Source of the DNA: Amoebophrya sp. A120
Lineage: Eukaryota > Protista > Dinoflagellata
NCBI GenBank assembly: GCA_905178155.1
Contig: CAJINV010000002.1
Location: 8,451,224 to 8,515,223 of the forward strand
DNA length: 64,000 nucleotides
Direction: 5' to 3'
Part shown: positions 13,814 to 26,330 of the stretch, one piece after another
Layout of the letters: each line of letters starts with the position of its first letter
Position numbering within the stretch: position 1 is the stretch's first letter
Translations under genes and position numbers: made by a program
Notes under the pieces: model-generated
The model's input: the letters and a program-made list of their open reading frames with translations, nothing else
Told to the model about the DNA's origin: nothing
The model's database searches: none

Positions 13814-16800
13814 TCACAGGATATCGGTAGGCGCGTCTTCAATAGTAATGTTCATCTCGTTGGTCAGCTTTGGCCGGGATGAGGGCTTCTTCTTATTTTT
13901 CTTCTTTTTCAGCCCAGCTGGGGCGGAGCTCTTAATATTTCTCGTTCTCGGAGACGCGTCTTCTACTCCGGCAGCTGGGGTAGGGCTTGGCGCGGTGAAA
14001 GCAGTGGCCGCGGCTTGCGGCGCTGCCACCGCGGCCGCGTCTTGGGTACCAGGAGAGCCGGGAACAGGTGGTCCTGAACTGGTGCCTGCAGGTGGTTCAT
14101 CGCCAGAAGAGAGCGATTTATTTTCCTGTGGAATCCGAATCGGAGGCAGAACAGCTATTCTTGAAGCAGCAGGGGGCCGTGGGGGAACCACACCAGGAAA
14201 TAAAGCTTGTTTGTTCATCATCTCACTCGGTTTTTCAACAACGTCGTCCTTTTGCCGCCTCGTTCTTGCAAGTGGGGTAGACCTCGCTGCTTCTGCCGGC
14301 AACAAGGGTGCAACTGCTTCCTGTGATACAACTCCATCCGGCTGTTGTGGTGGGGGTCCAGCGAGTGTCAAGTCGAGGGCATTTTGCACAAAAATGTGTT
14401 GCTCTTGACGGTTGTGGCCGTTGAGATCACCATCATCCACATCCTGTCGCTGCTTATCGTCGTCCGGATCGCCAGTAGTGTGTGATTTTCTATTGTATCC
14501 GCTGTGGCTACTTTGTTGGTTCATCTGCATGCTTTTGTGCCGCAGTCGAAACCGCTGATCAGCTCCGTTTACTCGGAGAGGCTCGCCGGAGCTTCGTAGC
14601 AATACGTCCTCGTCGTGTTGACCTAGAGGGGCCCCGCCGTCTTCATTCGTAGTCATAATCTTCATCGAGTTAACATTGTCGAAGTCCGCACCAGTGCCGC
14701 TGGCACCTTCCAGGAGAACATAATTTTGCTGGTTTTGCATCATCGTGGCATTATTCCTACTTCGGTCCAACGTGTTCGGTCGACCGTCAGGCCTGCCAGC
14801 CAACATAGTCCCATCACCACGACGCGTAGGAGTCTGCTTACTGCCTCCCATCGCGCCGGGGCGCTGCTGCCTCTGCCCGTAGCTGCGTCGACTTGCTCTT
14901 CTACCGCGGCCTTGCCCTTGTGAGGAGGATCCTAGTTTGCCGTTCCTGTTCTTACCTCTTCTACTCGCCGCAGGAACGATCGTTCCACCCAGACCATCAC
15001 GGCCGTCGCTCGCGTCACCAAAAGCTTGCTGCTGTTGCTGGTTCAGCAACCTTTGTTGATCCGCTTTTTCCAGGAGATTTTTTGCGACCTCCTCCCCCGG
15101 AGCGCCGGCCAGCAACCCGGGAAGCCTTACTTCCACCAAAATCAACACCGCCACAACGCCCGCGGCGACGCTGAGGGCGATCGTCACTCCGATCACCGAC
15201 CAGAAAGCCGGTTCCGAGTAATCGTTGTTGTCTTCATCTTTTGGCCGCTCCTCCGGAGGGCGGGGAGGGTCTTTTGCCTGAGGGACGGCCTGAGGGACGA
15301 CATTGTTGACCAGATGTGGCGGCTGCTGGGCGGGAATGAGCGGCTGCGGAAACCCGTTTTGGTTACCTGGTCCGGCCCCCGCGTTACCTGGCCCGGCTCC
15401 CGCGTTGCCCGGTCCGGCACCCGCGTTACCAAGTCCGGCTCCCCCGTTGCCTGGTCCGGCTCCCGCGTTGCCTGGTCCGGCACCCGCGTTACCAGGCCCG
15501 GCTCCTGCTCCGCCTCCCGCACGACCGCCTACACCCGGTCCCGCACCGCCTGCTCCGCCTCCCGCTCCTCCATTCGCGCCCCCTGTTCCAGCTCCCGCGC
15601 TGGCTGCCCCGGCTCCTGCGCCGCCTGCTCCGGCTCCCGAGCCGCCTGCTCCGGCTCCCGGGCCGCCTGCTCCAGCTCCCGACCCCCCTGCTCCGGCTCC
15701 CGCGCCGCCTGCTCCGGCTCCCGACCCGCCTGCTCCGGGTCCCGCACCGGCTGCTCCAGGGCCCGAGCTACCTGCTCCGGTGGTGCCTGCACCGCCAGAG
15801 CTTGGCGGTCGCGCCAAGGGAGCTGCGGCAGGCGGACTGCCCGGCAGTGCAGTAGGTGGTGGCGCCGCTTCTGCTGAGGGGTAAAGCGGAGTTGGAACTG
15901 GCGCAGCAGTTTGACTTGGAGGTGCATCTTGATACTGTGTAGGAGTTTCTGATCTTCCCAGAACTCCCTGCTGCGATGTAGCTCCTATTGGTCCGGGCGC
16001 AGCCCCTGCCAGTCCTTGTGCTGCTGCGTTCTGCGGTGAGGCTGAAGGACTGCCTCCCGTGGGCACGTCGAGCGGTTCTTGAGCTACTGTTTCTGTAGAC
16101 GAGTCTCCATCGGTGCCAGCAGACGTAGTGGCCATCGCAGCTCCAGTATTTGCTTGTGACGTTCTTGTTCTTCTTAATCTTAACACACAGTTTGGACTGC
16201 GGCAGCCCTGACAAGAGCACTGAGAGTGAGAAACTGTGGGCGGGAGGTTGTCTCCCCCTCGGCCACCGTTGCCGTCGTCTCCACCTTCCTGTTGACTGCC
16301 GCCGCCTCCTCCTCCTCCAGGAGGAACAGATCCTTCCCTGGTGTCGGTGGAGGCACCGGCATTGTCATTTCCTTGTGGTCGACGTTCCGCCGCATCACCC
16401 GTGCCCTCCCGCCCCGAGCTCTCGGAGGGTGCGCCGTCCGTTTGTGTTTGGTCATTGTCAGGGGCCGCTGTGTCTTCCGCGTGCGGTGCTGGATGTTCTC
16501 CGCTATTAGAAGGAATATCGCTGGTATATTGAGAACTTTCGACGTCCTCTTGCAACGGGCCTTCGTCCTGTAATTCACGTCGTTGTTCTCCACGTTCTCC
16601 CTCGTCAGGTCGAACTTCGGAAGTCGAAGCTGCTTCGGGATTCAATTCTTCTCCTTGTGGAGTCTGAGATACTGCATCATGATCAACATCAGGCACAGGA
16701 AGATGTTGAGGACCGGGGTCGTGGTCCGCGTTGGGCTCGTCCTGTTGTGGGGCTGCTTCCACGGTGTGATCAGCGCCAGATGGAGCATGGGGTGGCGGCG

Positions 16801-19800
16801 ACAAATGGTCTCCACTTCCGGGGGGGGATACAACGTCGGTCACGTGCCCTTGCTCTCGGTTTTCCGGCGAAGCTACTTGATCACCCGCGCCAGCGGATGG
16901 AGGGAGTTCTATCGGACGCCCGTCGCCCTCTGTGTCAGTTACGTCGCTCCCGCCTCCTGCTTCTCGTTCTTCGCTTCGTCGGTTCTGATTTGTTACCAAT
17001 TCATCAGGGCCGGAAGCTGAAGAACCGCTCGCGCCGCGGTGCTGCTCTACGTCTGCGTCTTCCTGTGCGAGCGCCTGCATTTCTCGTAGTTGTCGTCGAC
17101 GTTCTTGTTGCTCTTCTTCTTCAATGTCATTTGGTCCTTCCTGCTGCACCTGTGCCCCGGTACGCGCCTGCTCTGTGACTACTGGCGATAGAGGCGAGGC
17201 CGCCTCCGCCCCGGCGGTCTCGGAACGTGCGCCATTGGCTTGAGCTTCTTCTTGTGCCGGTTCTCCACGGTCACTACTTGTTCTGTCGTGCGATGGAGTG
17301 CCAGACTGCTGCTCGTCGTCACGGCCAGGAACTACGGGCTCACCTGCTGCGGCGTCGACTACCGGGTCCGGGGCTGGCTCAACATAAGCATTACGGTGTT
17401 CTTCAGGTGCAGACTCAGAGTCTTGCTCAACCCCACGTTGCTGCGCAAGATCGGGAGAAGCTACCTGTTGACCAGGACTTGGCTGCTCTGCTGCACTGGC
17501 CTGTCCTGCTTGTGTAGGCGCAACTGCCGCCGGCTCAGCTCCTGGCGAGGAAACGAGATGGAGGAAAAGTCCAGGGCGGGCTTGCTGTTGCTGCCGCTCA
17601 GACGGTGGACCGGAGGATGAATCCGAATCGCGAGAAGGACCCCTGCTACTTCCATGTCCCACGACTGCATCCTCGCTTCCATGCTCCGCCTCTGGTATGG
17701 CTATGGGCCGCGGCTCGCCTGCCTCCTGCGACTCGGACTCGTCCCGCTGGGCTGCTCCGGCCGTGACGGCCTCTGTTTGTGATTCTTGCTCAACGTGTAG
17801 CGCCGGAACTTGAGAATTAGAAGTGGCAGCAGAAGTGTGTATTCCATCCGCACCCTGTACCTCTGCACCTTGTGCATCTTGAATAGGTGGCACTGGATGC
17901 AGCACTAGACGCTGCGCATCTGCTACTTCTTGCTCTTGGCTAAGACGGGCGACGCGCAGCCCACGTGGTTCCACTGGCACCGCCGCTGCACCTGCAACTT
18001 CTCCAACCCGTTCATCTGCCGTCACACCATCGCCGACGGTAGGACCTGCAAATAAAGTTTCTTGTTGCAGATGCAGATCTCGGATTGAGGTTGTTGACAC
18101 TCTTCTTGCCATTCAATTCGTGCTCGTTGTTCTTCGTTTAGAGCAGTGGCACGAGTGAATTTAGAATTTTGGTTCTTATACTTAGCTACTGAAGTACAAC
18201 TGAAACTACCTGATACAACATCATGACGCGGATGCAATTAGTTGCACACATCACAAAGAATTATTATCAATTGCATTCAAAATAAAACAAAAAAATCGTA
18301 GTACCTTCCTCAGCTTGTTCTGTAGCTACACCAGCAGTGGCTGCTGCATCTATTTCCTCAGCTAAGTTAGTTGCATTTCCTTGTTCGGTTTCGGAGGCTT
18401 CTACGACCTCTTGCGATGAAACTTCTAAAACAGCGGCTGCTATGCTTCTCGCTTCTTCTTCCTGGACCACCGCTTCTATCTGCTCCTGAATCTCAGGTAA
18501 GAGTACCTGCGCCCACGTTTTCCTTGTAAACGGAAGTATGTCGTCAAACAGCGAAGGCCTCCCGAGCGCGTCGTGATTACTAGGGTCGCTTTTCTTCCAA
18601 TCGGCGCCATCTTCTACTGAGTCAGGCGCTTCGTCCTCGGCGTCATCGCCCCCGCCGCCGCCGTCATCGTCGTCATCACCTCCTCCGCCGTGGCCGCTTC
18701 CAGCAGAGCCGCCGGGTTTTGTTCGCTTGGGAGCGGAATTCCGAAGCGTCGGCGGGTCTGGCATCGACAACCAAAAGCTAGAATCTTCGGGGGGAATATT
18801 TTGCCACTCAGTACCGCCTCTACTGCGTAGTTTTTTTCTCGTGCAGGCGAATAAAAAGGGTAAGTCCCTTTTCAGTTGTTCCAGCAACCCTGCAAAAGCT
18901 ATCGCGTGCTCCTCTTCGTCGTCATCAAAAAAACGCTTCGGCAGGGCTGGCATCCAACCTCGTGGCCTCCGCGAGTCTTCTCCTACCAATCTCGAAGTCG
19001 CATCCTATGCAAAAGTAGCGTATAGATACCTGCTCCACCTGCAACGGTAAGAAACAACGAAGAAAAGTGCAGCAGCATTCGTTGTTCAACTCAGATGTAC
19101 TACATTGCTTAATTGATTCTTGCTTTTGGTACCGCCGTCCAAGAACTGCATAAAGATGCATGATTTTTCGTTTGTTGTACGTATGCTATACGATAATATT
19201 GCAACGATTCACTCTCATATTCTACCTCGACTTGCCCTTCCAAGTTCGGTAGCCACCAGCTGGACAACATCGCCTCGAGCAACTGACGTCTGCTTTCAAC
19301 GAGGGCCAAAAGATCAAACATTTGCCCGCGCAAGCGTTGCGCACTCCTTGGTCGTCTCCCTTCGTCGTCACGACATTGTTGCTTCTTCACAGGAAGAGGA
19401 ATAGCATCACAACCACTAATTTTTTGGTCGCCATTACTGCCACTGTAGAGACGAACCGGGGACGCGGTGGAGGATGCTGAACCCAAATCTAGCGTATTAC
19501 TCCCAGAATAGTTCATCTCAGCGGGCGGGGTCCTGCTATGCGATTCTGCACTGCCTCGCTCTTTTAGACGAAAAAGAGGTAACATGGCCTCTTGGTATTC
19601 CTTGCTCGTCCACAGCTGTTTGGTGTACTCGCGCAGCCGCACATAATAGCCAAACTCCGTGTAAAAAGGTTTGAGATGCCTCTTGTACTGGTCGGTTGAG
19701 AGGGGACCACCCCTTTCTTGAATATATTTTGTCATCGTCTCGTGTATCTCTCCTTGGACGATGTTCGAAAAAATCTTCCGGTTGTAAAAGCGTAGTGGTC

Positions 19801-21055
19801 TCCTGGCGGAGCTTGCTGCTCGAGCGCATTGGTCCTCGCCCTCGCCCGTGCGACTACAAAAGGTAGAGGCCGGCGGTGCGGCTAGTCCGGGACTTCCAAG
19901 CCCATCCGCCTTTTCTTCCGTCGCGCGTCCGCCTCCCCAACCAGAAGACGAGTAATCAAAGTCGTAGAGCCACGTCATCAAAAATTTATTTGCAACTGCT
20001 TGATGATCCTCTTCCTCATCATGCTCGCGCGTCGTCGCTTTACCTTGTCTCAGGTACTCATCGATGTAACCCTGCTTCGTAGCATGGCGGAAACACAAAG
20101 GATGGAAAATGTCAGACAATTCGCGTTTCAAGTTCCAAATTCGCGCTTCAATCTCGCCTGCCCGCTCTTGATGTGCTGCGACTTCCAAAGGTGTGACGCT
20201 CGTTCCTTGAAGGTGATTTGCTTCCACTGTCCTTGCCTCTTTGAGTTGTCTCTGCAGCGGCAGTAAGAATTGCTCTCGTACAGAGTTGCCGTCGAAAAAG
20301 TAATTCAGGGGTCTGGTCAACACCTCTTCCAGATACAGATTAGAGCTGTGGGAGCTGCCTGGACCTGCATGCGCTTCTTTATAACTTTCAGATCGACGAG
20401 GACGACGCCCGCAATATTCGGAAACAACATCATTGTTTCCAAACGGTGCCAGGCTCCAAACGGTGCCAGGCTCGCAGAGTGTTCGTGACGGATCTGGGTG
20501 ACGAGCTGCAGCACCACCTTGATGGCCGTGACGTCCTTCTCCTTCTTCCGCGTCCGCAAGAACGTAATGTCCGTAGTCGTCGTAGCGGTGAATCCGCAGC
20601 CCCCGAAACGCATACTCCGACAGATGCGGCGCTGCGGGTGCGGCGGAGGAAGGTTCGAGTAAAGCGCTTGGCTTCCGAACTATGTGTGGAGTCAAAAAAT
20701 TCATGAGCTTTCTTTGAACACGGTTTGGGATTGCCCGCGACGTGCCGTCGGCTCTACTTGATGATCGGAGTAGTCGGTGGTCGGACGTCGCATACGACGA
20801 CGACCCGTAGGGGTACGCGGTGGAGGTGGGGCGTTCTTGTGCAGTTGTACCACGCTCATGTCCATGTGTGGGCACGAATTGCATCACAACTTCTGCGCCT
20901 CTACCGAGAGGAGGCCTGTTGGGAAGCGAGGCAAAACGCAGGTGGGGCTCGGTAGAAGATGGCACCATCATTGTTGGCAGTGGCACCACATGGGCATCTT
21001 CTACTCCTGGAGATGAATCATTGTCGTCGCCTCGCTGCGTATCTTGCCCTCGCAC
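13814..21055 (-). CDS. Giant (~2250 aa) single-pass membrane/surface protein with Gly-Ala repeats; at least 3 exons (648-aa, 240-aa and 1432-aa ORFs)
   Basis: Phase-matched GT-AG intron 18304-18046 (GAA G|GTACTA ... ttgcag|GT CCT) joins the 240- and 1432-aa frames. An intron at ~19000-19220 joins the 648- and 240-aa frames. TM AFWSVIGVTIALSVAAGVVAVLILV at ~15135-15210. 5' end uncertain. Confidence 0.65.
15365..15790 (-). repeat. Coding 21-nt tandem repeats encoding (GPGNAGA)n and (GAGAGGS/A/P)n
   Basis: Visible in the DNA and in the 1432-aa translation, just N-terminal of the TM segment. Confidence 0.9.
18046..18304 (-). other. Canonical GT-AG intron (259 nt)
   Basis: Phase-1 donor and acceptor match; AT-rich interior. 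Confidence 0.7.
19001..19210. mobile_element. Degenerate copy (E) of the TIR introner family
   Basis: Left end CATCCTATGCAAAAGTAGCGTATAG resembles the family TIR TATCCTGTGCAAAAGTATCG. The right end CTATACGATAATATTGCAACGATTC is an imperfect complement. Removing element + 5 nt joins the 648-aa and 240-aa frames. Flanking 5-mers (AGTCG/ACTCT) match only 3/5. Confidence 0.5.
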
Positions 21056-21496
21056 TCTGGTCGCGTCTGCGTTTTGTTGTCGCGGGTAGCCGCGACTGGC
21101 GGCATCATCACCGTGACTGTGTTGTTCCGTGGCCGAAGGGGGTATGCAAATGAAAACGGATTCCTGGTGTCCTGCTTCTGTAGCTGCTGCTCAAGTGTCC
21201 TTTCTAGACCTAGAGATTGGTACTTGAATTGACAACAGATTAAATCTCTTCACGTCCTCGACATGTTGCTTCCGCTTCACTAAGTACACGTCGAAATAAG
21301 CGCTGCACCTTTATTCGGGTCCGTCAATTCAAATTCTGATCAATTGCATTGAAGATAGTCATTTTCATCGGGAAGTTTTACCTACGTTTCAATTTTTGTA
21401 GGCGATCGCTGCAAGACCAAGAAAGAACATACCTATCGCTATCTTTGTTCTGCACACAAATACAGGAGGTTTGAGAGCTTTTATTGCGCTTTTTGC

Positions 21497-22393
21497 TTAT
21501 TTTTTCCTGCGCTTCAAGGCATCTTGACCGAAACCGACGTCATCACTGCAAAAGCGGACACCTATCGCGATATTTCCGAACATAGAACTGCAGCCGCTTT
21601 TTGGAGATCGTGACCGTCTCGAACTGGAAGATGAGGCTGCTGGCGAAGGAGCAAGGAACCCTGCAACAGCTGCAGCAGGGAAGGATGAGTCGTGCCCGTC
21701 TGCTGCATCTGAAGAGGTTTCCGTGGCGCTAACAATCCTTTGCAGGAGGCCGCCGGGTTTCCCCTGAGGAACGGCCATCCGACTGGGAGGCTCTGCTTCC
21801 TGTTCTTCGGGAACAGAAAGCAGCCTAGTAGCCACCGGCGGGTGTTGAGAAACATGTGGGACAGCATCCGACGAGAGAAAGCCTTCCGGTGGAGCAGAAG
21901 TACCCGAAGAAGAGGAACCGCCGTTACCTTTTCGTTTGGATCTAACCAAACGACCACGACCGGGTCCAGGGTTGCCTGGCGCCGGCTGTAGCTGTTGACT
22001 CAAGGCTATCAGTTCTGCCCTCCTCGCCGTCTCGAGCTCTGTCATAGGCACACGTGGGGACATGAACTGCATCTGTTGAGCTCCAGCAGCTTGATTCTGT
22101 CTCCGTTGCCAATTGATGATGTCAGCACCCTGGTGGTGTTCTGCCATTGCCAGTTGACGACGATGTCGAGCAGCTGCTTGCTCTGCTTCGGACGGCAAGG
22201 ACAACCACGCCTGAACTTCGGCCAATCTTGTAGAACTGCCGATAGGCGGAAGCGGTGGCGGACCTGGAACTGCCGTTCCGCCTGTAGGGCGGCCTGGAAG
22301 GAGATCATCAAAATTGACTTTTACTTTTTTATCTTCTGCGATTGTTATTCGTACTTGTTTATGACTTGCATGAGCATGTTGTACTAGAAGCAT
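21497..22393 (-). CDS. Hypothetical low-complexity protein
   Basis: 337-aa ORF on the cluster strand, first ATG at 22393; no recognised domain. Confidence 0.45.
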   Translation of the reverse strand: MLLVQHAHASHKQVRITIAEDKKVKVNFDDLLPGRPTGGTAVPGPPPLPPIGSSTRLAEVQAWLSLPSEAEQAAARHRRQLAMAEHHQGADIINWQRRQNQAAGAQQMQFMSPRVPMTELETARRAELIALSQQLQPAPGNPGPGRGRLVRSKRKGNGGSSSSGTSAPPEGFLSSDAVPHVSQHPPVATRLLSVPEEQEAEPPSRMAVPQGKPGGLLQRIVSATETSSDAADGHDSSFPAAAVAGFLAPSPAASSSSSRRSRSPKSGCSSMFGNIAIGVRFCSDDVGFGQDALKRRKK

Positions 22394-22548
22394 ATTGATT
22401 GTATTTGATAGCAGGAAACTCGCTCGACGTCGACGAGGAGCAACGCAGCCAGAGATACGTAGCAGGTCGCAGCAAAGCGGCCGATGAACAGAGTCAGCAC
22501 AAGTACGCAACTACTATGTACAAGTTGACTGCTCCTACCTACGCCGGC

Positions 22549-23403
22549 TCAGTATTCGCACCAGGAGGTGCCCGTTCGTAATCCTACATTGCATCTGTAT
22601 TGCATCTTCTTCAGCCACAGCCGCCGTGCTATTTCATTATTTTGATCACTCCGTGGTCTAAAAAGCAAAAGAAAAAGGGACTCAGCTGTACCACGGTGAT
22701 GAAAACGATCGGAATCGGCGGCACTTCTACTTGCGGTCCTACCTCCAGCTTCAATTGCGACAGGAGAAAACGAAGCCCTGCTCTCGCGGCGACCGAACGT
22801 CGCGTCGCCGCTTGTTCGAGTAAATGGGACGAGCCCTTCATCATCATCAACAGCACGTGCTGCTCGACGTGGACGATCGTGATATTCTTGTTCATCAGGA
22901 GCGGCGGCCTGCGAGGCGTTCATTCGGGTCGAGAAGATGAAGAGCACAGGATAAAAAGCGAACATTAGCAGCGCCTGCCGCAATATATTTTTGCGGGTGA
23001 ACAGCTGAAACGGGAGAAGCTTCATGGTTGCACTTCTGCTACTCGTCCAGTGACGTGGTCCTGGCGTTGATGGCGTTCCGCTACTGGTTCTCGATCGCGG
23101 TTCTTTTGCTTGCACAGCGGATAAGGGAGGACCACCGAGCAATGCAGAAACGTCGTAATTCCCACCTCCAGAAGTTCTTCTTCTTGCCGGTGTAGAAAAG
23201 CTGCCGCTGCCTAAAAAATGTTCTGCGTCAACACCCCTTGTTGATGAAGAACAATCGCCATTCGTGGCAGCAGTTTTGGTTTCATCTTTTTGTTTTTGCG
23301 CGTAGTTGTTCGCGCTAAAGACCTGCAGCGGTGTCCCTTTATTCTTTTTCTTCGTTCCGCTTGTTAATGTTCTCCTGCAAATTAAAGGTCTTCGCAGGAA
23401 CAT
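22549..23403 (-). CDS. Hypothetical protein, possible mitochondrial-type presequence and one TM
   Basis: 284-aa ORF starting MFLRRPLICRRTL (Arg-rich, no acidic residues); hydrophobic segment ALLMFAFYPVLFIFST. Confidence 0.45.
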   Translation of the reverse strand: MFLRRPLICRRTLTSGTKKKNKGTPLQVFSANNYAQKQKDETKTAATNGDCSSSTRGVDAEHFLGSGSFSTPARRRTSGGGNYDVSALLGGPPLSAVQAKEPRSRTSSGTPSTPGPRHWTSSRSATMKLLPFQLFTRKNILRQALLMFAFYPVLFIFSTRMNASQAAAPDEQEYHDRPRRAARAVDDDEGLVPFTRTSGDATFGRRESRASFSPVAIEAGGRTASRSAADSDRFHHRGTAESLFLLLFRPRSDQNNEIARRLWLKKMQYRCNVGLRTGTSWCEY

Positions 23404-25131
23404 GGTCCACCCGAAAAGGAGCTGGTCGTCAATTACAGAGACAAGGTTGCTTTCTACTTTTACTAATAGTGGACGACCTCCTGCTCCTCCGACATGCAGG
23501 AGCTCCCGAGGAAGTATCCTTCACTTTTCCAAACGACGTATTCGTAAAAAAACCACTTGGCGCTCTTCAGGAGCAGGTAGTAGAAGAGGTCCTTCTAATA
23601 TTTTTCATCTGGACACCATCTCCATCCGACTTCTTGGCGACCAAGCCACGATTTGCTGGTCGCGCACTTTTTCGCCGTTCTTGCGCTGTGCGAATCTTGT
23701 GTCGTTCGCGGACTGTTTCTCACTTCGAGTCTCGAGCGCCTGCCTCACAGCGTCAACGCAACGAAAACGGTGGCCGCGCTCATCTGCGTCCCGCGGCCTT
23801 TGCCGCCCACCAAAAATCGCTGCGACAGGGGTCGCAGTACTTCAGAGCCCTTAGACGATGCAGGACCTGAAAGAGCCTCGAGAAAGGAGCAAGGCCACGG
23901 CGCCACGCAATAAAGACAAGAGCGAAAAAAAGTCGGATTTCTTTGGCGATGTGGGGATTGACCTAGCGTCGACCACAGAGAGATCGGCATCAAATTGTAA
24001 AGTAGATAAACATGTATGTGTGGCACGGCCCGTGTTTTGTTTCATGAAGCTGGTGTTGGAGGTGTAAAATAAGGAAACGTCCTCGACCTCCTCGTAAGAT
24101 TTTTAGCCTTCCCAGGGTTGTCTTCTGGTTCTGATGTGTAACGTCATCGGGTGGTGTCAATGCATAGAGATAGACTTATTTCAAAAGAGCAAAAGCTGTA
24201 GTTCTTGACGCACCACGGCCACATGCGTACAGCTGGCCTCTACATCTTACATGCCATCGCTGTGCTTCTGACTTTCTGCACTGTGGGTTTGTTTTTTGTC
24301 TGAAATTTCTCCATCGAAAGAAAAAGAATGCAGCTGGCTTTGATCATAATCATGCTACTCTGCAGCATTTATCTGTATTATTCGAAGTTTATCTTTAAAA
24401 AAAAGACAGAACGGCACGCGCTGAGGCCTAGAATTATTCGTAGTGGCATCGTGATTCGGGTCAAACCTTGCGTATATACCCGGGCGTGGTGCCCTCGTGA
24501 AGCGGCTTTTTTTACACTGCGAAAATATAAGGACTTCAGTAGCCTACGCGCGCCATACCATGCGGGACGGCCCTTCAAAGTCTTCTGGTTTTTCTTTTTG
24601 CTTTTTTCTTTTACTCACGTCTTTCCGGAATCCCGGGACTTCTGGGATCCCGGAATTTCTCGCGAAACTGGTGAAAATCGTGAAAAGCGCCCGTGTTTTG
24701 CATACGAATCACGACGGTATGGCCATTTTTTCACGATGATTCTCACCGTGAAAAAAATTGTGAAAAAGCATGCCAATTGCGTCGCGAGTCGCGGTGGTAC
24801 GGGCCCTGTTTTCGGAGTTGCTTTTTCCTGGTTTTCCGCGATATTTCGCACAAGTCGCGCAGCCGAATCACCACGGCACGGCCTTTTTTTCACGATGTGT
24901 CTCGCCGTAACACAAATCGGAACAAGCGCTGCGATTTTATCTCGAAGCGCGATGGTACGCGCCGGCTTCCGACCGAAGTCGGTCTCCGTGGTCTGTCGGT
25001 TGCGACCGCCACGTTTGGGAATCGCGACCCGCACCGCGGCGCATGTGGGCAGTATTCCCCACCGCATTGCTGGCCTTTGCCTGTCGCGCGGAATGTCTCG
25101 CGGGTTCTTGTGGTTGTCAATGCGCCACATA

Positions 25132-25196
25132 CTGTTCGTTGTTTTGGTTGTCAATAGTTGTCGTTCTGGCGTATTGACAACCAAAACAACGAACAG
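25132..25196. repeat. Perfect 25-bp inverted repeat with 15-nt loop inside the hAT-like element
   Basis: CTGTTCGTTGTTTTGGTTGTCAATA ... TATTGACAACCAAAACAACGAACAG. Confidence 0.9.
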
Positions 25197-25764
25197 GCGT
25201 ACTCCACGAACACACAAGCCAAGCGGTCTTCCTAACCAACGCGCACACTAGTCACAGCCCATTACGGCTGTTGCTCCTAATTCTTGCAGAGGCCCCCCGC
25301 TCGCGCAGGCCGCCCCTGCCGATCACCTCGGCACGCGCGGGCAGCACTTCCACGTCGGCGGCCGCAAACAGCGCGTCAGCGTGCCCAACTCTGTGCCCGC
25401 CGTCCCACGTCACCGTCGCCCTGGGTTCGGGCGTTATTCGCGGGCCTTTGCGTACGTCTGCCCTGCTCCAGGCCGCGTGCTTGTGGTTAACCCCGCGCAG
25501 AGGCCTATGCGGCACTACTAGTTCACTTCGGCCGCGTGTTTGCGGTTGACCCTGCGCAGAGGCCTAGACGGCGCCACTGGTTCACTTCAGCCGCACGGGC
25601 TCCATGAATGTGTTGCGGCTTGGGACGAAAGGACACCGCGGCGAGCTCCCTGCCTGCGGCAGCGGGGCCGACTGCGCGGCGGGCCCCCGCTGCGTTTCCC
25701 CTGTTGCGGGCGCGGAGCGATGTACGCGACAAGAGCCCTTGCATGCGAGTGGGAAAGGAAGGCG

Positions 25765-26330
25765 GGGGACCCCGAACAACACGGGGGCCCCCCGCGACCA
25801 GGTGAAAAAGGTGGGGGGATCCCTTGGGCACCGCTGGCACAGGCCGGGGGCCCCCCGCGCGCGGGCGAGAAAGGCGGGGGGCCCCCTTGGGTACCAAAGG
25901 CAGAGGCCGGGGGCCCCCCGCGCGCGGGAGAGAAAGGCGGGGGGCCCCCTTGGGTGCCCCCGGCCTCCAAAGGTGGAGGCCGGGGGCCCCCTGCGAGCGG
26001 GAGGGATTTACCGCGGAGAAGGACGGGGCCCCCCCCCCGGCCTCCGGCGGGCGGCGCGGCCGGGAGAAGGGCGGGGGCCCCCTGCAGAGGCGGAAGCGCG
26101 GGGGCCCCCTGCGGACGCGGGATGCCCGGCGGGCGGTAAGGCGGGAGGCGGGGGCCCCCTGTTTCACCAGGCAGGCGGCCCGGTACGTAGAAGGGCGGGG
26201 GCCCCCGGTGGAGGCGGAAGGGCGGGGGCCCCCTGCGGACGCGGGATACGCAGCGGGGAAGGGCGGGGGCCCCCTGCGGAGGCGGGATGCCCAGCGGGCG
26301 AGAGGGCGGGAGGCGGGGGCCCCCTGCTTT
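25765..26330. repeat. GC-rich degenerate tandem array of GGGGGCCCCC palindromic units
   Basis: More than 15 G-run/C-run units spaced ~25-40 nt apart, directly visible. Confidence 0.9.
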
